From: Eledone cirrhosa | Lineage: Eukaryota | DNA: 64,000 bases | NCBI GenBank assembly: GCA_964016885.1 | Contig: OZ024740.1 | Span: 340,442,001 to 340,506,000 of the forward strand | Reading direction: 5' to 3' | Shown: positions 10,249 through 22,300 of the stretch, piece by piece | Position numbering within the stretch: the first letter of the stretch is position 1 | Layout: each line of letters begins with the position of its first letter | Made by a program: the position numbers and the translations under genes | The notes under the pieces: model-generated | Told to the model about the DNA's origin: nothing | The model's database searches: none | What the model saw: only the letters and a program-made list of their open reading frames with translations

Positions 10249-12924
10249 TCAACAGCAAAGTCTCTCTGGGGGTTTACGAGTTCTCTTAGACCGTCTTCGA
10301 TTGTCTGGTCCATACTCTGGAACGGGCAATAAGGTCTTGGGTCTGGTCTGTCTTGGAGTTAGTGGCACGATTTCCGAGATCTCCATCGGGTGATCTGTTG
10401 CAAATTCAAAAACAGTGTCTACTGCATCACCAGGTTCATTGTCTTCCTCAGTAGTGTACTGCGGTTGCAGCTGTTCCCAGTGTCGTCTCCACACCGGGCC
10501 ATGAGGTATGACCTTAACGTTGAAGCAGCGAGTACCCAATGACTTCTTAATGATTGCTGGTACCCATCGGGGATCTTTGTCTCGGCGAGGTCCGTAGTCG
10601 TTTTTTTCGTAAGGCAATAGAGTGGCTCTGCCATGCTGACCAGGTTTGGGATAAACTTTCCATAGAACTGAACTGAACCCAGGAAAGACTTCAAGCTTGA
10701 GACGTTCGTTTGAGGTGGCATCTTTAAAACTGCTTCGACCTTGGATCCCTTCAGCCGACAAGGTGTGTCCAAGGTATTCCATACTGGGTAGTGCAAACTG
10801 GCACTTGTCACGGCGACATCTGAGTCCTTTGTCGCACAGATGTGTGAGCAGACACTTTAGGTTGTTCAGGTGATCGTTTGCATCTTTCCCACTGACGAGA
10901 ATGTCGTCCTGGAAGACGGCCACACCAGGTAGATCTTGAGTCAGGTTTTCCATGATCTCCTGAAAGTAACCAGGTACTGACTTGATTCCGAAAGGGAGTT
11001 GTTCCTGCAGGAGCACCCCACGGTGAGTGCTGAGTGCAAGCCTGCGTTGACTTTCTGGAGCCAGCTTGATCTGATTATAGGCATCAGCAAGATCAATCTT
11101 TGTGTATCCGAATCCACCTCCGAGCTTCTGCATCAGTTCCTCTGGGAGTGGCATTGGATGACGATGATCTGCAAGTTGGTCATTAATTCCCCCAGAGTAG
11201 TCACCACAAATCCGTAGTTTGGGCTTCAGGTTGCCTGAAGTATGTGCTTTACGAATCGGTACCACTGGCGTTCCGTATTCGTTGAACTGTACTGGCTTCC
11301 AGATTCCTTTGGCGATGCCTTCTTCGTAACCTTTGGCCAGGTCATCACGAAGAGCAAACGGGACCGGGCGTGCCTTGTGAAAGACCGGTGTCGCGTCCGA
11401 CTTGAACTTCACTTCCAGTTCGAAGTCATTAAGACATCCCAATTCTTGCTTGAAGAGATCTGGGAATTCATCACACATGTTGTGACAATCTCGTTGCATG
11501 GAAATGTAGGGCTCATTTGAGGTCTTTGGATGTATCACTTCTGCACCCTCACTCTTGGCCTGGCTGTCTATGCTTTTCAATCCTAGAGCATTGTCCACGG
11601 AAATTCCCAGAGTCTGGATAGCGTTTCGTCCCAGCAAATTAAGATCAGGGATCTTGGTGACGATGTAGGGTATTGAATTCCGTTTACCGGTCGTTGGATC
11701 CTTGGTTTGGCCCATGAAAGTTCCCAGAACGGGCAGGTCGTGCTTGCTGGCAGATTCAAACCGATGTTTGACATCTTGCAGCTTCGGTTTTCCTAATTGT
11801 TTCCAAACTGACAAGGAAACAAAATTACCTGTAGTAGCTGTGTCCAATTCCATTGTGAAAAGTCTGTTCTGGATTGTTATTGGCACATTCAAACTATGAG
11901 TATCGTGGGGAACTTCACCAAGGATCGCCTTGACTAGCTCAGCTTTCGTGATTCTTTTCACGTAATTCTGTGAGCGATGATTACGTTGCTGATGTTGTTT
12001 CTTTCTCCACACCGCTTGCAAATGTCCCTTTTTGTCACAAAAATGACATTTGGCTTCTTTGAAGGGGCAGTCTGTCGCTTTGTGGGCCTTTCCACATCGG
12101 TAGCACTTCTCCTGGTCTGTGGAATAAGACTGCTGATGGTTCTTTCGAGGACCCTTGTTCTTGTTCTGCTGGACCTTGTAGACTTGCTTGGTTTTGGAAC
12201 CGTAAAGTTTCCTTGGCAACCTTTGCTGCGTCTTCGGTCCCGATGGCAACTTGGACAGCACGGGCGAAATCTAGTTCTGTATCCTTGATCTTGAAAATAG
12301 CCTTCAACACAGCTTCATTATTGACAGAACATATAAATCTCTGTCTTAGAGCTTCATCTTGTGGATTTGTGATCGAAGGAAAATCACAGGTAGCTGCATC
12401 TTGACGTATACGTGCTGCCAGCTCCTGGAGAGTTTCGCCTGGCTTCCGTTGCATGTCACTCCAGAACTTGAAATGTTCTCTCACAATGAAAAGTTTTGGG
12501 TCGAACTGTTCTTTCATGAAGTCAACAATTTCGTCCATTGTCAACATCCTTAGGTGGATTTTGTTGAGCAGCCAGATTTGCAAGTTGTTTGTAGATAGCA
12601 GCCGTCTGATTAGTCAGGAACACTTGTGCCATGCGTTGCTCGGGTACAGCGTTAGCAGCCACAAACGTGCAGAATCTTGACCAGTAATCAGGCCATAGTT
12701 CTGTTGTTGAATCAAAAGCAGCAAATGGTGGGATGAATGCTGTTGGTGTCGAAGCAACTGGCGATGCCAAAAAACTCTGTTGTTCAGAATCTCGAGCACC
12801 AAACAGTTTTATCAGTGTCCATATCTTTCTTGTGTTGTTGCATTTGTTGCAACGCCAATAAACTCTCTTGTTCCATCTGTTCTCTAAACAACTTTATTAG
12901 CTCCGCTGTTTGTTGTTCCGCCAT
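10249..12924 (-). pseudogene. Gag-pol polyprotein, frameshifted and deleted
   Basis: ATG 12924 (MAEQQTAELIKLFREQ); pieces in ORFs 12522..12770, 12035..12583, 10249..12261 and 10419..10811. Confidence 0.85.
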
Positions 12925-12959
12925 GTTTTTATGATAAACAATTTCCCGGCAATGTAGGT

Positions 12960-12979
12960 AAATCCTATCGGCGACGCCA
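12960..12979 (-). other. Primer-binding site (TGGCGTCGCCGATAGGATT), tRNA-Ser-like
   Basis: TGG starts 8 nt after the 5' LTR; the complement AATCCTATCGGCGACGCCA resembles tRNA-Ser 3' ends. Confidence 0.75.
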
Positions 12980-12987
12980 ATAAACTC

Positions 12988-13261
12988 TGTTGTATTCCTC
13001 TCGGTACTCGCAGAGAAAACACGAGTTATATCAAATAATTTGTGTATTGTACAAAACAACCAAAACGCCCCTCCTCACAGTAGCAGAATAACATAAAGTA
13101 AGTAAGTGAGTCTGTGACCAAGTTTTTAATACCAACGCTGACTGACTGCCCAGGTCACGTGATTCATATGCAAATGTGTGAGCACGTGTAAATTGAATAA
13201 AACGAATTTAACAGTCCATACAACAATGAGGTTGTGAGTTTGATTCCCAGTCCATACAACA
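12988..13261 (-). repeat. 5' LTR (274 bp)
   Basis: TG...CA ends with a 7-bp terminal inverted repeat; followed on the minus strand by the PBS. Confidence 0.95.
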
Positions 13262-13893
13262 ATAGCCGAGTGTGTTTTAATTGGAGGATGGCTGAATGAA
13301 AAGTGAAGGAGAGTGAGATCTAGTTGGTAGGTGTGTGAATGGAATGCAGGAGAGTGGTATGATTGATTTCTCTAGTAGAACGTGTGATTCACAACTGATT
13401 ACGGGAACTCTAGGTTAAAGAAGTGCTGTATCTCTTTAGAGTTAGAGTCAAAGTCTGAATAAGTGCTGCATAACAGATGAAGTTAGAGAATCATAAATAA
13501 TTGGATAACAGATTTGGTATGTGTGGGTGAGAGGAAGATATCAGTTGGAGTCAGTGAACAGGTAGAGGTTGTCGACAATGATGGGATGACTAAAACATTG
13601 ATAGTGGTATCAGATATGGCTGAAGTGAATTTCAAGGCTGAATGATGATGATGATGATAGTGCAAGAAATGAAATCATTGTGTTTATCTCTTGTAAGTGA
13701 GCTACATCAATATAACAACTGTACAGCTCTGAGGAAGGTCCAGTAAATTGTACAAAAATCTGAGCATCAACATGATCTATGAAGAGGTTGTTGGCATAGT
13801 TGAAGACCATAGCAACCCCGTTGGTAAAACATCCCAATAAAGGATCAGAAATTTGGAGTGAGGCAAGAATGGTGGTAATGTTGAATTTGAGTA

Positions 13894-14265
13894 GGGGGCC
13901 AATGGCTTAGTGGTTAGAGCATTGGCCTTGCAATCGAAAGGTTGTGAGTTCAATTCTCAGACCGGATGATGTTGTTTCCTTGAGCAAGACACTTTATTTC
14001 ACATTGCTCATGTTTACTCAGCTGTAGAAATGAGATGATAGGGACTGGGGTCCCTCTCATTCCACTGCAAAGTGGTCGTGAAGAAGCCACGGCAAAAAAA
14101 GCACCCAGCCCACACTGTAAAGTGGACGTGTAGGCGCCACGGAAAAAAAGCACCCAGCACTCACTGTAAATGAGGTTGGTGTTAGGAAGGGCATCCAGCT
14201 GTAGAAATCAGTTCCCATCCCACCCTTGCAAGCAGGGAAATGCGGTCGTAAAATGATGATGATGA
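13894..14265 (+). mobile_element. tRNA-derived SINE with RTE-derived 3' tail
   Basis: A-box TGGCTTAGTGG, B-box GTTCAATTC, core CCTTGAGCAAGACACTT, then RTE 3' UTR repeats and (GAT)n. A second copy lies at 38842..39192 (-). Confidence 0.8.
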
Positions 14266-14479
14266 GATGAATACACCATCACTGTAGAGGAAAACAGAGA
14301 ATGAAAATTACTTGAAGAGGTTTAGAGCATGGTATTAATAAGTGATGGTAAGGCAGAGATGAGAAGCAACTACAGTTTGTTGAAGTACTCAGGGAGGAGT
14401 ACGGTAGAGCAGTTGTTGTCAGAATTGTTGGGTTTGTGGAAGGAAATAAATGATGGAAGTTTGGAATGATGGAATGTTA

Positions 14480-14770
14480 GTGGCAGATGAGAGAAGTAAA
14501 TTACAAGAGGTGAGTTTATGCATAGTTGAGATGTGCTTCTGGTTGTGGCTCAACTTGTCAAGCTGTTGAGTTGACTGAGTGCTTCATGCTTGTAAAAGTC
14601 AGTTTGATGATGATAGGATTCATGTTATGGAGTTTCCAGATAATACCGAGTTCCAATGAGGAAATACTTAAATCGTAACAGCACTTGTTGGCTAACAGGT
14701 CAGCATAGTTGTGTAGACCCAGACTGGATGTCTAGATGTAGTTACGTCTTTTGAGGTTGCTAAAGTAATC
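14480..14770 (-). mobile_element. Possible decayed Penelope-like RT remnant
   Basis: Reverse strand resembles the QxxGxxMG...YAxLF motif region, heavily mutated. Confidence 0.3.
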
Positions 14771-15386
14771 CTCAACCAGGATTTCCAACCTTTCTGTTAT
14801 GAAATAAAACTTCAATTTTATTTATATATGAAAGAGTTCTCATTACAAAAGGCATGATTTTTAGTTGATGTGAAAATACTCTCTCTCTCTCTCTATATAT
14901 ATATTTAAGAGAGAGAGAGAGTGAGAAGTTCTCATTAAAAAAGACATGATTTTTGGTTGATGTGAAAATATTCTTCAAACTGGCCAAAGTCAAATTGATA
15001 TCTATATTTACTGTACAGAAAACTTCTGAAGATTTAAAGCAACCAGTAAATTGCAAGAACTCAAGATTTACCTACACTATCAAACTGCTGCTTCAATAGA
15101 CCAATATTTTAGACTCACAATAGTATAAATGTTTTCAATGGAAGAGTTTGTCTACTTCTTGAAAACATTGAGACTTCATACAAAAAGGAAGCAACAACTT
15201 AAAAAAAATAATTTTAAACTCGAAATATTTAACATAGTTATATTCTGAGTTTCAGCAACATAGATCATAGAATTGCTTGACGTTCGCTACCTTGAAACAA
15301 AGTGCGGAAAATGAAATTTACAGCTCACACATATGTAGGTTTGACTGGCCTCCTACAAGGTTGTTTTATGGGAGGGTTTCACAGGA

Positions 15387-15590
15387 GAATAATAATAATT
15401 GTTTCTTTTGGCACAAGGCCAGCAATTATACCAGTGCATTACTGGTACTTTATTTTATCAACCCCCGTAAGGATGAAAGGCAAAGTTAACCTCAGCGGGA
15501 TTTGAACTCAGATCATAAAGGGCCGTAATCCTTTGCTGCAAAGCATGGCGTCAGACCCTCTACCGATACTGCCAATCCACCGCCCTCAGG
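15387..15590 (-). mobile_element. tRNA-derived SINE (octopus OR-like family, (ATT)n tail)
   Basis: GAGTTCAAATCCC B-box and CTTTGCCTTTCATCC core; related copies at 21745, 46042, 49485, 50590-51150 and 52640. Confidence 0.75.
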
Positions 15591-16075
15591 AGAATAATAA
15601 TAATATTAAATATGAATCCATTTATTTTGTAGGTGATTCAAACTAAAAAAAAGAAATGATTTAATCAATTTTGAATGTAGTTTGATGAAAAACAAACTAA
15701 AGTCTAAAAAAAAGATGTTACATTCTATCTCAAGTCCAAATGCTAAGCAGGCTCAAGTTATTCCCAGTTTCATTGATATGAAGCAACTGAGAGTACAAGA
15801 GTACATGGACAGGATGCCTATTCACCACAAATTAACCTCCAGCTCCTGGTGGTTCTCATTTTTTCAACTAGAATGAGCAATGTGAAATGAAGTGCCTTGC
15901 TCAAGAGTACAATGTGCCACAACCATACGATTGTGAACCTAACACTCAAATCACCAGACCATACATATTCATAAACAAACTAAAGAGCAATTAAATAGTA
16001 ATGGTGATATTTTAATAACTAAATAGTTGATGAAGAAACAAAAGCAAAAAAAAAAAAAAAAATGTTTTTTGTTAG

Positions 16076-16081
16076 TTTATT
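16076..16081 (-). terminator. Candidate PRMT5 polyadenylation signal AATAAA
   Basis: About 80 nt after the stop, followed by a U-rich run (A-tract on + at 16046-16062). Confidence 0.5.
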
Positions 16082-16159
16082 TCCATGAAAGCTGTTCAGT
16101 CAATATCTGAGCATGTTGTGTGATTCTATCCATGTGCACAGTTGCAGCTTTATGTTGGT

Positions 16160-16312
16160 TTACAAGCCAATTGTATAGGAGCGTCCCTTTGGGTTATGGA
16201 TTGGAAGAATCTGAGGTTCACGAATACACCATTCATACCAAACTTTTCGATCTGTAACAACTCGCCAGAAATCAACAACAACGCAACTGTCTTTTTTCAA
16301 GAATATTGGTTC
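16160..16312 (-). CDS. PRMT5: PRMT5 exon 17, last coding exon (EPIFL...KVWYEW...[12 protein letters not shown])
   Basis: ttccag acceptor; TAA at 16162-16160. Confidence 0.95.
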   Translation of the reverse strand, partial: EPIFLKKDSCVVVDFWRVVTDRKVWYEWCIREPQILPIHNPKGRSYTIGL

Positions 16313-19300
16313 CTGGAAGAAATGTAAAGCCAAAGAAACTAATTAATTAGTTATGTTTTAATTGAAAGATAATTGTAACTTCAACAACTAGAAACCAAAG
16401 TTTCCAGATTCAAATGTACTTAGTTATTGTAATCTGAATAATTATACTTAGAAATTATGTTAGTCTCTATAACACCGAATATCTGACTTCCCATGGGCCG
16501 AAGCTGAAGCATATATACAGTATGTCCTGCCTCACCCTTCCACTGTATAGGGGTTGTGTAAGTATGATGACAAAAAGCACCCAGCCCACAATTTAAAGTG
16601 GTCGTGATGGTGACCTGGCAAAAAGTGCCTAGCCCACACTGTAAAGTGGCCGTGTAGGTATCACGACAAAAAGCACGCAGTACTTACTATAAATGAGGTT
16701 GGTGTTAGAAAGGTCATCCAGCTGTAGAAACCAAGCCCAAATCAGTTCTGTATAAGCAAAGCATGGTCACCTGACTTAACATTGCCCACAATAGGACAAC
16801 TCGTCTAACCCATGCTAGCGTGGAAAAATGGACGTGTGATGATGATGATAAACATAGCTATACTTAGACTTAGTTGATATTTGTACTTCTATGAAAATTG
16901 TTCCAACCAGTTTACTGTATATATTAATTCTCTTTTCTGTCTATATTTATCTATTTATCAGAGGGTGCTCTGCCATCAGTGTTAACAAGTAAATGAAGCT
17001 TAAGGATCAATTTATTGGATTGCAGTTTATGAAGGTTTAAACCATGTTCAGCACGCAATGCAATAATGTAATTCCAAGGTGAAGTAGTGTTGACCCAAGG
17101 GATGATTACTTGTTTCTTCTGTAACGTGGGGAAGGAAGATGACTACAACTTGATATCAAGTAGGATCGCAGAGTATGAAAAGGAGTTGGACCATACTGTT
17201 ACATAATGTTATGTCATTGAGAATGGTTTTGAGCCTGATAACTGGTGAAACACATGTCATGGAATAAACATGTTAAACTGATATTTCTCTTTTCTGGCAT
17301 TTATACGCTGCCTTGATACCAGGCAACAGTCATCTCCCAACCCTACATTACAGAGGAAACGAGTAATAGTCCTCTGGGTCAACACTATTTCACTTTGGAA
17401 ACAAATTATTGCATCGTGCCACTAAAACCTTTCAGGGTTTCCAAGATTGGATACTAGGAGGAAGCTATCTTCAAACTGTAGTATCAGTCAAAATGCTTGC
17501 AACAGAGTGAACTCTACTAAAGATACTCAACAGCCAGGTGATGAAGTTAAACTGAGTGACAGCTTCAGTTTACCACTCAAGTAGGCCATACTAGGATTTT
17601 TAACTTAGAACACAAAGAATTGGAACGCATACTGCCAGGCATCTTATTTGAAGTGTTAACAATTCTGCCAATCCAACGTCCTATACTGGTACATTATCTT
17701 ATCAACCCTGAATGGATGAAAGTCAAAGCCAGAACAAATACTACAATTTATTTTGTAATACCCCTTAATAACTGTCAAATCACCTGCCTGCAAAGCTGAC
17801 TATGGCATGATTTGAACTCAGAATGCAGGGAGATGGAACAAATACTTCAAGATACTTTGTCCTATGCTCTCCTGAGTCTACCAATTTGAACTCAGAGCAC
17901 AGAAATACTGCAAAACATTTTGTCCTATGCTCTAATCATCATCATTGTTTAACATCTATTTTCCACATTAGCATGGGTTAGATGGGTTTGCCCCATTGGA
18001 GGCAAGTTGGGTTGGGTGACTGTTTCTGGCTGGTTTTCTATGGTTGGATGCCCTTCCTAATGCCAACCACATTTACAGTGTGTGCTGTCTGCTTTTTGCC
18101 ACGTCTCCTACATGACCACTTTACAGTGTGGACTGGGTGCTTTTTGTTATGAGACCTACACAACCACTTTACAGTGTGGGTAATAACTCGGCCAATTTAC
18201 CTGCTCTATTATTTACATATTTCTCAATGTAACAACTTTATAATTGAGCTCAGTATCAAAACCCTTTCACCACAATCACCAGATGTGATATCTCAGTAGA
18301 AATGATATCCAACAGAATTATCATCATCATACATTTGTTTTCCATACAGTAATTTGTTGGATGGGTTGCCACAGTCCAAGAACCATGTCTAGCTCATACA
18401 TTCCATATTTGACATTAATTAATGATTATATGGTGTGGAAGTTTCCTTAGTAGAGATCTTTTTTCAGTGTTGTATAAAAAACAAACAAAAACACAACAAT
18501 ACCTTTATAGGGAAGAGGATTGGAAACCAACTAAACATTCCTGCAGAGTGTGTTGAGGGGAGAATACCTGTAGAAAGAGAATAATTGAATTATAATCATC
18601 ATCAAGAACATAAGCCTACACCAGATCTCAAATGCAAAGAGTAAATGTAGAGATAAACAAACACAGGCATAAATACATGACAGGCTTGCAGTTTCCATCT
18701 ATCAAATTCACACATAAAGTATCAGGTGGTTTAAAGCTATTAAAGAAGACACTTGCCCAAGATGCGATGTTGTGGGATAGAACCCAAGACTGTGTTTGTG
18801 AAGCGAACTTTTCAATCACACAGCCATGCAGGCGATTATGCATTGGTCGACCTGAGGCTATAGTAGAGATAAATGAAGTAAAAAGTGAAATGAAACATAA
18901 ACTTACTTAAAGTTACGTTGCCATAGAGAACAGAATCAAAGTATCCAGAAAAACCATGCAAGACGGCATCAGACTTAATAGGAAACTGTAAGCTCACATA
19001 ACGGGAGTTGTCAATCACTTCACCTAAAAAAAACAGAAATCATTGTATCAGAGAATTTCACCTAGCTCTTGAATAAATATGACTAAAATAATGTTAGGAT
19101 ATGGTTATCATGGTAGAACAACTTATAATTATAATCAGGACGTTTATGTTTTGGTTCATATCAGTCACAGAAGACAAGCTACAAGTGAGATCAATAGGTC
19201 TCCTAATTTCCAAATTTCATTGTCACTGTCAGATCAATTCCCTCCAAGAACTTCTATTCAAAAGACACTCCTGTTAGTTAGGTCATGCACTTCGCCACCC

Positions 19301-22300
19301 ACAAGGTGAACTCATCCATGATGCAGTTGTACATAATCACCACTTGTGATGGTGTAAGCTGCAAGATGAACAGTTGAAATGTGGACAGGCAAAATCAAGT
19401 TGGATCTTAAGCTAACATCTGATCCTTGTATATATGGTGTCTGCCATTGGAATCATAGAAAGGAAAGTAAAGGCTCTTCACTTCTGATGGAATCATAGGG
19501 GCGTTGTTCTGAAACATGGCATCTTTTGAGTATTTTAAACCTGGCAGAGCCTATCCCTCTCCCAGTCTAAACATAGCTGATTTCTTCCAGAGAAGGAAAG
19601 CGAGCAAGAGAGAACTGAGAAAGAGATATAGAGGAAGAACTGACCCCAATACTGAACTGGTACTTTATTTGTGATTTCAAATCAGCAGGATTTGAACTCA
19701 GAACATGGAGTGTTGGAACAAATATTGTGGCATTTAATCTGATGCTGAAACAACCCTGCCAATTTGTAGCATTGTTAGAACCATGATTGGCCTCTGTTCA
19801 CGATGCTGTATATGTACTGACTGGTGCCAACTCAAGCTATCCTGAATTAATGGCTAATACAAGTACACGTTTCCTACATAATGATGTTCTTGCAAATTTA
19901 ACTCTTTTAATACCAACCCACCCGAGACTGCCACTACTAAAGTATTCACATTTAAATTAATCCTTTCATTACTATATTTCTGAAGAAAGACATTGCCTTT
20001 GATTTGCAAATAATTTTGAAAATAGTCAAAAATTTCAAAGGATTTAGTAATCTACTTAACATTTTCATTATCAAGCTGGCGTTTATAACATAACTTAATA
20101 AAGGTTCTTATATAGAATTATGATGGAAGGTTTTTAGATAAATATAAACTCTGTATAGTAGATGCAAGGGTGTTTTCAGATAGTTTAGTATCAAGAGGGT
20201 TTTAAGGCCATCTTGTATGTTAAAGCAAAAGTTAGCTTCGTGGATCCTGTGACAAGATTCTCTATCTTGCCCTATCATCTGCATCCACCATCATCAGCCC
20301 TCCAGTTTTCATTTTCTCCTCTATCATCTTTAGCCATGTCTTTCTTGGTTTTCCCCTTCCATTACCTCCTTCCAATTGATCCAACCATCTTATTTAATTT
20401 CTCTTCCCAACATTTATCACTGGTTCTAATCCCATCATCTTATGCAATTCAATAAGAGGGTCTCCATGATGTGTGAAGAGAGCATGTAATGAATATAGCA
20501 ATAAACTTACCTTTATTTGGGTGCCTAAAATTAAAAACTTTCTTAGGTTCTGACAAAATCTGACAGTTGTGGAGCCGGACAACATAAGGCATCTCAAATG
20601 GAGCCTGAAATAATAATAATTTGTATTAAATAGCTGTGTAACTACACAAATGAGATAGAAGGAGAGAAAGAGAGGTCATAAATATGGAGATCATCATCAT
20701 CATCATTTTACGTCCGCTTTTTCCTGCTTGCAAGGGTGGGACGTGTCCTACACAGCACAGCATCTCTCCACTTGTCATGGTCCTTTGTCATCTCCTCCCT
20801 GAGTTTCAGCGATCTGAGGTCTGCTCTCGCCACCTCCGACCATGTTTTTCGTGGTCTTCCTTCTACTGGCATTTCTTTACCCAGTGGTCATCCTTCATGT
20901 GCATCACATGTCCATACAATCGCAGTCTTCTCCCCCACACACTACAACTTATCCCTCTTAAACAGTTTCTCTCTCAATACATCCATACTTAGTCGTTCAC
21001 GCACATTGACATTGCACATCCAATGGAGCATACTTGCTTCATTACTCTCCAGCCGTCGCATATCTTCTGCAGTTGCTGCCCATGTCTCACTACCATGCAG
21101 CATCACACACCTCACACAGGCATCATATAACCGGCCTTTCATAAGCAGGGAGAAACCCTTCTTCGTCAGCAGAAGCAGCAGCTCTCTAAACTTCTTCCAA
21201 CCCGTCCTTATTCTAGATACTATGCCCCCCCCCCCCCCCCCCCCCATGTTAATCTGATCACCTAGGTACCGGAAGCTATCAACCACTTCTATAGAACCTA
21301 CCTGCATTTGTCTATCAATAGCTAAATTACATCTAGAATTTCCTCCGTGGAAATCTAAACCTCAATGGTCAGAAAATGTATGAATATTCTCAAATAATAT
21401 ATATATTAGAAATAACCAAGTCAGTTGTTGATTGAAGCCGAAAACCAAGAAGTATAGATTAACAAACCTCTGGTGATTTATCTTTGTCTTTACTTAATCT
21501 GACTTCATTATACAACTTAGCAGACTGCAGAGGGGCCAAATATGAGGTATATTCTTTGGGGATGCTGATCCCATCATCTAGAAATCAAAGACAACAATTT
21601 ATAAGTAAGGACGACAGAATTAGACATGTTACATTTTCATATAAAATAGAGAGAATATAAAACTGATGCGATATATAATAGAAGGTATAATGATATATAA
21701 TATAGAAATGGTGTGATATAAGGGGTATATATATATATATATATAATAATAATTGTTTCTACTTTTTGGCACAAGGCCAGCAATTATCCAGTGCATTACT
21801 GGTACTTTATTTTATCGACCCCGTAAGGATGAAAGGCAAAGTTAATCTCGGCGGGATTTGAACTCAGAATGGCAAGGGCCGTAACTCTATGCGTCAAAGT
21901 ATGGCGTCCGGCCCGCTACCGATACTGCCAATCCACCGATATATATATAATAATAATGAAATGATTGTGTACAGTGCTCAGGGGCACTACAACTCATCAA
22001 AGGTGCATGCATAGAAGATAGAATGATGTAAAAATATCAGGAAAGTGAACAGTGTATGAGTCATGATATACATGTGTGCATGTGTAGGGAGGGGAGATAT
22101 CAGGTGTAATCTTGGTGAATTTCAAGAAGCATGGAGGTTTTAAAGGATGCAGTGTCCCAGCAGCTAACAAAATCAAAGTACAGGTTCCCGAGATATGGGG
22201 TTTTTTGGGTACCTTCATAAACAGAGAGAGAGAAAGAGATAGTGGTTGTGAAAGAGTAGATTGAAAGAGAGAAGGAGAATGGAAGAGAAAGAGCTGGTGT

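Larger units (their letters stand above)
9947..13261 (-). mobile_element. Ty3/Gypsy LTR retrotransposon (Mag-like), internally deleted and non-autonomous
   Basis: Two LTRs TGTTGTA...TACAACA; PBS; PPT; gag with two zinc knuckles, protease (ELDTA) and RT (KIDLADAY, FQDD). RNase H and the integrase core are missing. Confidence 0.93.

Noticed and set aside
13894-13965. tRNA-like sequence with A and B boxes
   Set aside because: There is no complete acceptor stem, and it continues into a SINE core and LINE-derived tail, so it is a SINE head rather than a tRNA gene.
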